Of a stretch of 64,000 nt of DNA, positions 57,874 through 64,000 are shown in pieces. The notes beneath the pieces were generated by a model, which made no database searches, was not told the DNA's origin, and saw only the letters and a list, made by a program, of their open reading frames with translations. The DNA comes from Vicugna vicugna (Eukaryota), in assembly GCA_013265495.1 (NCBI GenBank), contig MU057833.1, positions 40,646-104,645 of the forward strand, read 5' to 3'. A program made the position numbers and the translations under genes. How positions within the stretch are numbered: the first letter of the stretch is position 1; each line of letters opens with the position of its first letter.

Positions 57874-58702
57874 CTCAAGCAGACTAACAAAGAAAATCAT
57901 TAAAACACAAAAGTGAAAAAAAGAAGAAATGAACAAAGAACTACAAAAACAACTGGAAAATAAGAATTAAAATGGCACTAAGTATATATGTATCAATAAT
58001 TACTTTAAATGTCATAAATGCTTTCATTAAAAGACACAGAGTGAAATATTGGGTTAAAAAAACTACAGTATGCTGCCTAAGAGAGACTCAGTTCAGGGCA
58101 AAAGATACAAACAGGCTGAATGTGAGGGGCTAAAAAAAGATATTTTGTACAAATAGAAATGGCAAGACAGCAGGGCTAGCAACTCGTATCAGACAAAATA
58201 GACTTTAAAACAAAGCCCATAAAGAAAGACAAAGAAAGTCATTATATGATAATAATAGGATGAATACAAGAAGCGGATATCACTCTTATTAACATATATG
58301 CATCAAAATACAGGAGCACCTAAATATATAAAGCAAATACTAATGCACATAAAGAGGGTAACTGACAATAATACAATAATGGTAAGAGAATTTAACACCC
58401 CACTGACCTCAATGAACAGAATATCGAGACAGAAAATTAATAAGGCAACAGAGGTCCTTAAGTTCAACTGCCCTTAACAGTTGGACTTAACTGATATTTA
58501 CAGGACACTACATCCAAAAATATTAGAAAACACAAAAACACATTCTTTCCAAGTATGCATGGAATGTTCTCTAGGAAAGATCATATACTAGGTCACAAAA
58601 CTACTCTCAATAAATTTAAGAGGATAAAAATTATATCTAGCATCTTTTCTGACCACAGTGGTGTGAAACTAGAAATTAACTACAGAAAGGAAAAATGAGA
58701 AA

Positions 58703-58707
<5 letters not shown>

Positions 58708-58743
<36 letters not shown>
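58708..58743. repeat. (CA)n microsatellite
   Basis: Pure CA run. Similar short runs occur at ~12330, ~36133, ~40122 and ~61642. Confidence 0.9.
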
Positions 58744-58746
<3 letters not shown>

Positions 58747-61700
58747 GACTATAAACAACATGCTACTAAAATAATCAATGATTCAATAATGAAATAAAAA
58801 AACTCAATACAAATAAAAGTGTAAACACAACTTTATGAAATCTATGGGATACAGCAAAAGCTGTATTCCTATTCAAGAAGAAAGTTCATAGTGATACAGG
58901 CCTTCCTCAAAAAACAAGAAAAATTTCAACTAACAACCTAATCTACTGCCTAAAAGAATAAGGAAAAGAAGAATTAAAAAAGCCCATAGCCAGTAGAAGG
59001 AAGGAAATAGAAAATTCAGAGAAGAAATAAATGAAATAGAGATAAAAAACAATAAAAAAGATCAATAAAACTAACAGCTGTTTTTTGAACATATAAACAA
59101 AATTGACAAACCTCAAGCCAGGCTCACCAAGAAGAAAATGGATAGAGCCCAAGTAAGCAAAATAAGAAATTAAAGAGGAAAAATAACAGCTGCTACTGCA
59201 GAAATACAAAAAATAAATCATAAAAGAATACTATGAACACTTATATGTCAACATATTGGACAACCTAGAAGAAATGGACAAATTTCTAGAAACATACAGC
59301 AAAGATTCAGTCAAAATGAAACAGACAATTTGAACAGACCAATCACTGTAAGTGAAGTCAAATCTGAAAAAAAAAAGGAAAGAAAAGAAAAACAAAACGC
59401 CTCCCTTCTCCCTGAAAACAAAAGCCCAGGACCACATGTCTTCACTGGGGAGTTCTACCGAACATTAAAAGAAGAGGTAATACTTATCCTTCTCAAACTA
59501 TTCCAAAAAACTGCAGAAGGAATAGTCTCAAATTCATTCTACAAGGTCACCATTGCCCTGATACACAAACCAGACAAAGACACAACAACAACAATTACAG
59601 GCTAGTGTCTTTGATAAATATAGATGCAAAAATTCTCAACAAAATATTAGAAAACTAAATCCAACAATATAAAAAATAATTATACAGCATAATAAAGTTG
59701 GATTCATTCTAGGGTCACAAGGATGGTTCATCATAGGCAAATCAATGTGATACACCACATTAAAAAAGGAAAGACATAAATCACACGATCATATCAACAG
59801 ATGCAGAAAAAGCATTTGATAAAATTCAACATCCATTCATGATGAAAACTGTCATCAAAGTGGACATAGAGGAAACATATCTCAACATAATAAACTATTC
59901 ATGACAAATCCAGAGGCAACATAATACTCAGCAGCGAGAAGCTCAAAGCCTTCCTGCTAAATTCAGGAAGACGACAAGGAGGCCCACTTCCACTGCTGCC
60001 ACTTAACATAGTGTCAGAAGTCCTAGTCACAGCAATCAGACAAGAAAAAGAAGTTATCCAATTTCGAAGGGAAGAGTTAAAAGCATCACTATTTGTAGAT
60101 GACATGATAATATACATAGGGAACCCTAAAGTCTCTACGTAAAAAACTATTACAATTAGTGAAATAAGTAAGGCAGCAGGATACAAAATTAATTGTTTAA
60201 AAATCTGTTGCATTTTCATGCAGTAAGAATGAAATATCAGAAAGAGAAAGTTTAAAAAAACTCATTTAAAATCATATCAAAAAGTAAAATAAAATACCTA
60301 GGCATAAACTTAACTGAGGAAGTGAAAGATCTATACATTGAAAACTATAAAATGCTGATGTAGGAAATTGAAGATGATTTAGAGAAATGGAAACATATCT
60401 CATGCTTTTGGATTGAAAGAACTGATATCATTTAATGGACATAATACCCAAAGGAATCTACAGATTTATGCAATCCTTATCAAAATAAACATGACATTTT
60501 GTACAGAACTAGAGCAAATAATACTAAAATTGTTACGAGACCACAAAAGACGCAGAATTGCCAAAGAAATTCTGAGAAAAAAAGAACAAAGCTGAGATAT
60601 AACCTGTCTGAATTCAGACAATACTGCAGAGCTACAGTAATCAAAACATTATGGTACTGGCACAAAAACAGACATAGATCAATGGAACAGAATAGAGAGC
60701 CCAGAAATAATCCTGCACATCTACGTTGAATTAATCTGTGCCAATGAAAAAAGACCATACAATGGAGAAAAGACAATCTCTTCAACAAGTGGTGTTGGGA
60801 AAGCTGGACAATAACATGTAAAACAATAAAATTAGAATATTCTCTCATATCATATTTTAAAAAATCAGAATAGTTTAAAGATCTAAGTGGAAGGCATGAT
60901 AGCATAAAACTTCTAGAACAGAACATAGGCAAAACATTCTTTGACATAAACTGTAGCAATAGATTCACAGATCAGTCCTGAAGCAAAAGAAATTAGAGCA
61001 AAAATAAACAAATGACACCTAATCAAATTTTCTTTAAAAATTTGCACAAAAAAGGAAATGATCAACAAAAGAAAAACACAGTCTACAGAGTGGGAGAAAA
61101 TATTTGCACACAATTCACCCAAAAAGTAGTTAATAGCCAAAATATACAAACAGCTCATACAACTCAATATTAAAAAATCCAATCAAAAAATGGACCAGGG
61201 AACTAAATAAATATTTTCTCATAGAAGACACACACAGATGTTTAACAGGCATATGAAAAGATGCTCAACATCACTAATTATTAGAGAAAAGCAAATCAAA
61301 ACCACAGTGAGTTATCATTTCACACTTGTCAGAATGGCTATTATTAAAAAAAATTATAAATAATGCTAGAGAGGATGTGGAGAAAAGGAACCCTTTTACA
61401 CTGTTGATGGGAATGTAAATTGGTGCAGCCACAATGGAGAACTGTATGGAGGTTCCTTAAAAAACTAAAACTAGAAAGACCATATGATCCAGCAATTCCA
61501 CTCCTAGGTACACATCTGGAAAAAATGAAAACTCTAATTTGAAAAGATACATGCACCCTAATGTTCACAGCAGCACTATTTACAATAGCCAAGACACAAA
61601 AGAAACCCAAGTGCTTATCAGCAAGAGATTGGCTTAAGAATACACACACACACACACACACACACATATAATACATACATATATATTCCAGAATGTTACT

Positions 61701-62669
61701 CAGCCATAACAAAGAATGAAATATTGCCTTTGCAGCAACATGAATGAGCCTAGAGAATATTATTAGTGAAATAAGTCAAAAATAAATATCACTTTATGAT
61801 GAATCTAAAAAATAGTACAAACGAATCTGTATGCAATACAGAAACAGACTCACAGACATAGAAAACAAGCCTGTGGTTACCAAAGAGGAGAAGGGAGGAG
61901 GGACAAATTAAGGAGTATGGGATTAACAGATACAAATTACTACACAAGATTGTATAGCACAGGGAATTATACCCAATATCTTGTAATAGCATATAATGGA
62001 ATATAGTCTGCAAAAAAAAATCACTATGCTGTACACCTGAAACTCACCCAATATTATAAATTCACTATGCTTCAATTAAGAAAAGAATTATTAAACAAAA
62101 TGGAACTAAAACTAAAACTAAAAGATTTGGAAAATTCTGCCTATCCATATTGTAAAAAATAAGAAAGCACTGTTCAAAACAGAACAGTAAGGGTGTGGCC
62201 CAGCAACTCTTTGATAAGTTTATTATGAATGTGAGCTGTGGACCTATCAGCCACTTCAATAGAAACCAGATGCTATTCTTCAAAACAAGGAGAAAATGAC
62301 CCCCAAAGGGGATTCATGGATTATCAGGGCTTTCTCTTTAGTTTCAAAAAGGGAAAAATCATTACCTTAATTTTAAGAGGCCAGACAGCTTCCTCCCAAA
62401 GCCCTGGGAGCCCAACTCCGGCCCAGCAAAGTGTAGGGCAGGCCCACGATCACAGGGGTTTGAGAAGGCAGGACTCCTTCCCTAGCAGTCCTGGAGGGCA
62501 GAATGTTGAACCAGAGAAATGTATTCTTGAGGCTTAGTATCTCATAGCTTGCTTTTAGTTTTCACTTACCCATTACTTCTATTTTGGCATGGAAATGTCC
62601 ACCATTGTATTCTGGAAGCATACAGAATATAAGATAGTATTCTTAATGTCTTCACAGAATACTAGCATT

Positions 62670-63155
62670 AAGAAGACATTAAGAACACTGTCAATCAGCT
62701 TGTCCTAATTGACATTTATAGGTTATAGTACCCAACAACAAAATAATTCACTTTAACCAAGCTAGGCCATATCCTAGGCTATAAAACAAATATCAATTAA
62801 TTTAAAATAATTTGTCATAAGAGTATCTCCTCAGAACACAATGGAATTAGGTAAAAATCAATTATAGAAAAAAACCCAAACTGAAAGAATTCAACAAACT
62901 GTGCTGGGAAAACTGGATAAATACCTGCAGAACAATAAAACTGAACCCCTATCTCACACCACTCACAAAAATTAACTCAAAATGCCTCAAAGATGTAAAA
63001 CTTAAGACCTGATACCATAAAATTCCTGGGAAAAAATGTAGAGGAGCAGCTCCTTGACATTGGTCTTGGCAATAATTTTGGATGTGAAGCCCAAAGCACA
63101 AATAACAAACGGACCGCATCAAACTCAAAAGCTTATACACAGCAGAAGAAACAAT
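62670..63155 (+). mobile_element. L1 ORF2 fragments
   Basis: ctaattgacatttatag...tcagaacacaatggaattag, then tgctgggaaaactggata...aattaactcaaaatg. Confidence 0.85.
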
Positions 63156-63169
63156 TTTTTTTTTTAATC

Positions 63170-64000
63170 TTGGGATTTTTCCCTTTTCTCACAAGACTAA
63201 GGCCTCTGCTCAGGGGAACATGTTCCTATTTCTCCCAGATGAATCATCCTTACTCACGTGAAGATCTCCATCGTTCACCCAGGTCTCCCCTACACTTGTG
63301 AGACACATTTCTTTTTCTCTCCTGAGATGCACCTCCTTCTCTAATGAGCAGTGATGCATCCACTCTCTAGAGAATATTCACTTATTCTCTCAAAAGGGGG
63401 TACTCAAAACTTGCAAGATTTGCTCCATTGCTCGTTAGACTAAGCCCACTGCTCTGAGGAACATAGCCCCATTTCTTGCAAGACAAATCTATTTCCTTGC
63501 ATGAAGAACTAGATCCTTCACCAGATTCTCCCCTACTTCACTCCCAAGGCTCACTCCTTTTCTCTTCTTGCACTCGCGAGTGGTGACCCATTCACTCTGC
63601 AAAAATATCCACTTATTCTCTTTAAAAAGTGTCCCCAACTCTCACAAGAGTCACTGTTTTTCTCATGAGACTAAGCCCACTGCTCTAGGGCGCACAGCCC
63701 CATCTCTGGCAAGAGGAACCTATTTTTCACTTGTGTGAAGACCTCCATCACTTACCAGATTCTTCCCTACTTCCCTTGTGAAAGTCATTTTTTTCTTTCC
63801 TGAGAGTGACCCCCTTCTCTTGTGAGCAGTGACCCATTCACTCTCTCAAGAGCATCCCATTATTCTCTAACAAGGCGTTCCCTAACTGTCAAGAGATTTC
63901 TCATTTTCTCACGAGACTAATCCCACTGCTCTGGGGAGCATATTCCATCTCCTGCAAGACAAAGCCTGCATTAAGATATTTCCCTCAAGGAGAAATCATG
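63170..64000. repeat. Diverged tandem repeat (satellite-like), monomer ~231-246 bp, running off the window
   Basis: The anchor actaa(g/t)..c.ctgctc recurs at 63196, 63439, 63670 and 63916, with shared downstream blocks (gtgacccattcactct, cttattctct). Confidence 0.85.

Noticed and set aside
63170..64000. CRISPR-like array or prokaryotic system
   Set aside because: Whole monomers are homologous with no unique spacers, the context is mammalian, and no cas-like ORFs are present.

Overview
This is mammalian, gene-poor, repeat-dense genomic DNA. It is most likely camelid, judging from tRNA-derived Vic-1-like SINEs and camelid-type L1 3' ends. I found no intact protein-coding gene. The window holds four processed pseudogenes: PSMG3 (-, ~3.1-4.4 kb), ACTR3 (+, 20.5-22.7 kb), CNKSR1 (-, 49.5-51.75 kb) and CDCA7 (+, 55.1-57.9 kb). 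It also holds three long L1 elements with nested insertions, many L1 fragments, ERV1 and MaLR LTRs, MER5A, and the start of a ~240-bp tandem repeat at the right edge. The most notable signals are: (1) localised AT->GC hypermutation that builds CpG-rich patches inside the retrocopies, consistent with GC-biased gene conversion; (2) a 78-bp insert in the CDCA7 retrocopy copied from the neighbouring host L1; (3) a CNKSR1 retrocopy apparently made from a mis-spliced RNA; (4) a satellite built from decayed CTCGCGAG palindromes; and (5) a compact cluster of PBX/PKNOX-like motifs. Parent-gene and repeat-family comparisons are from recalled sequences, not database searches. I see no support for a new multi-gene system.
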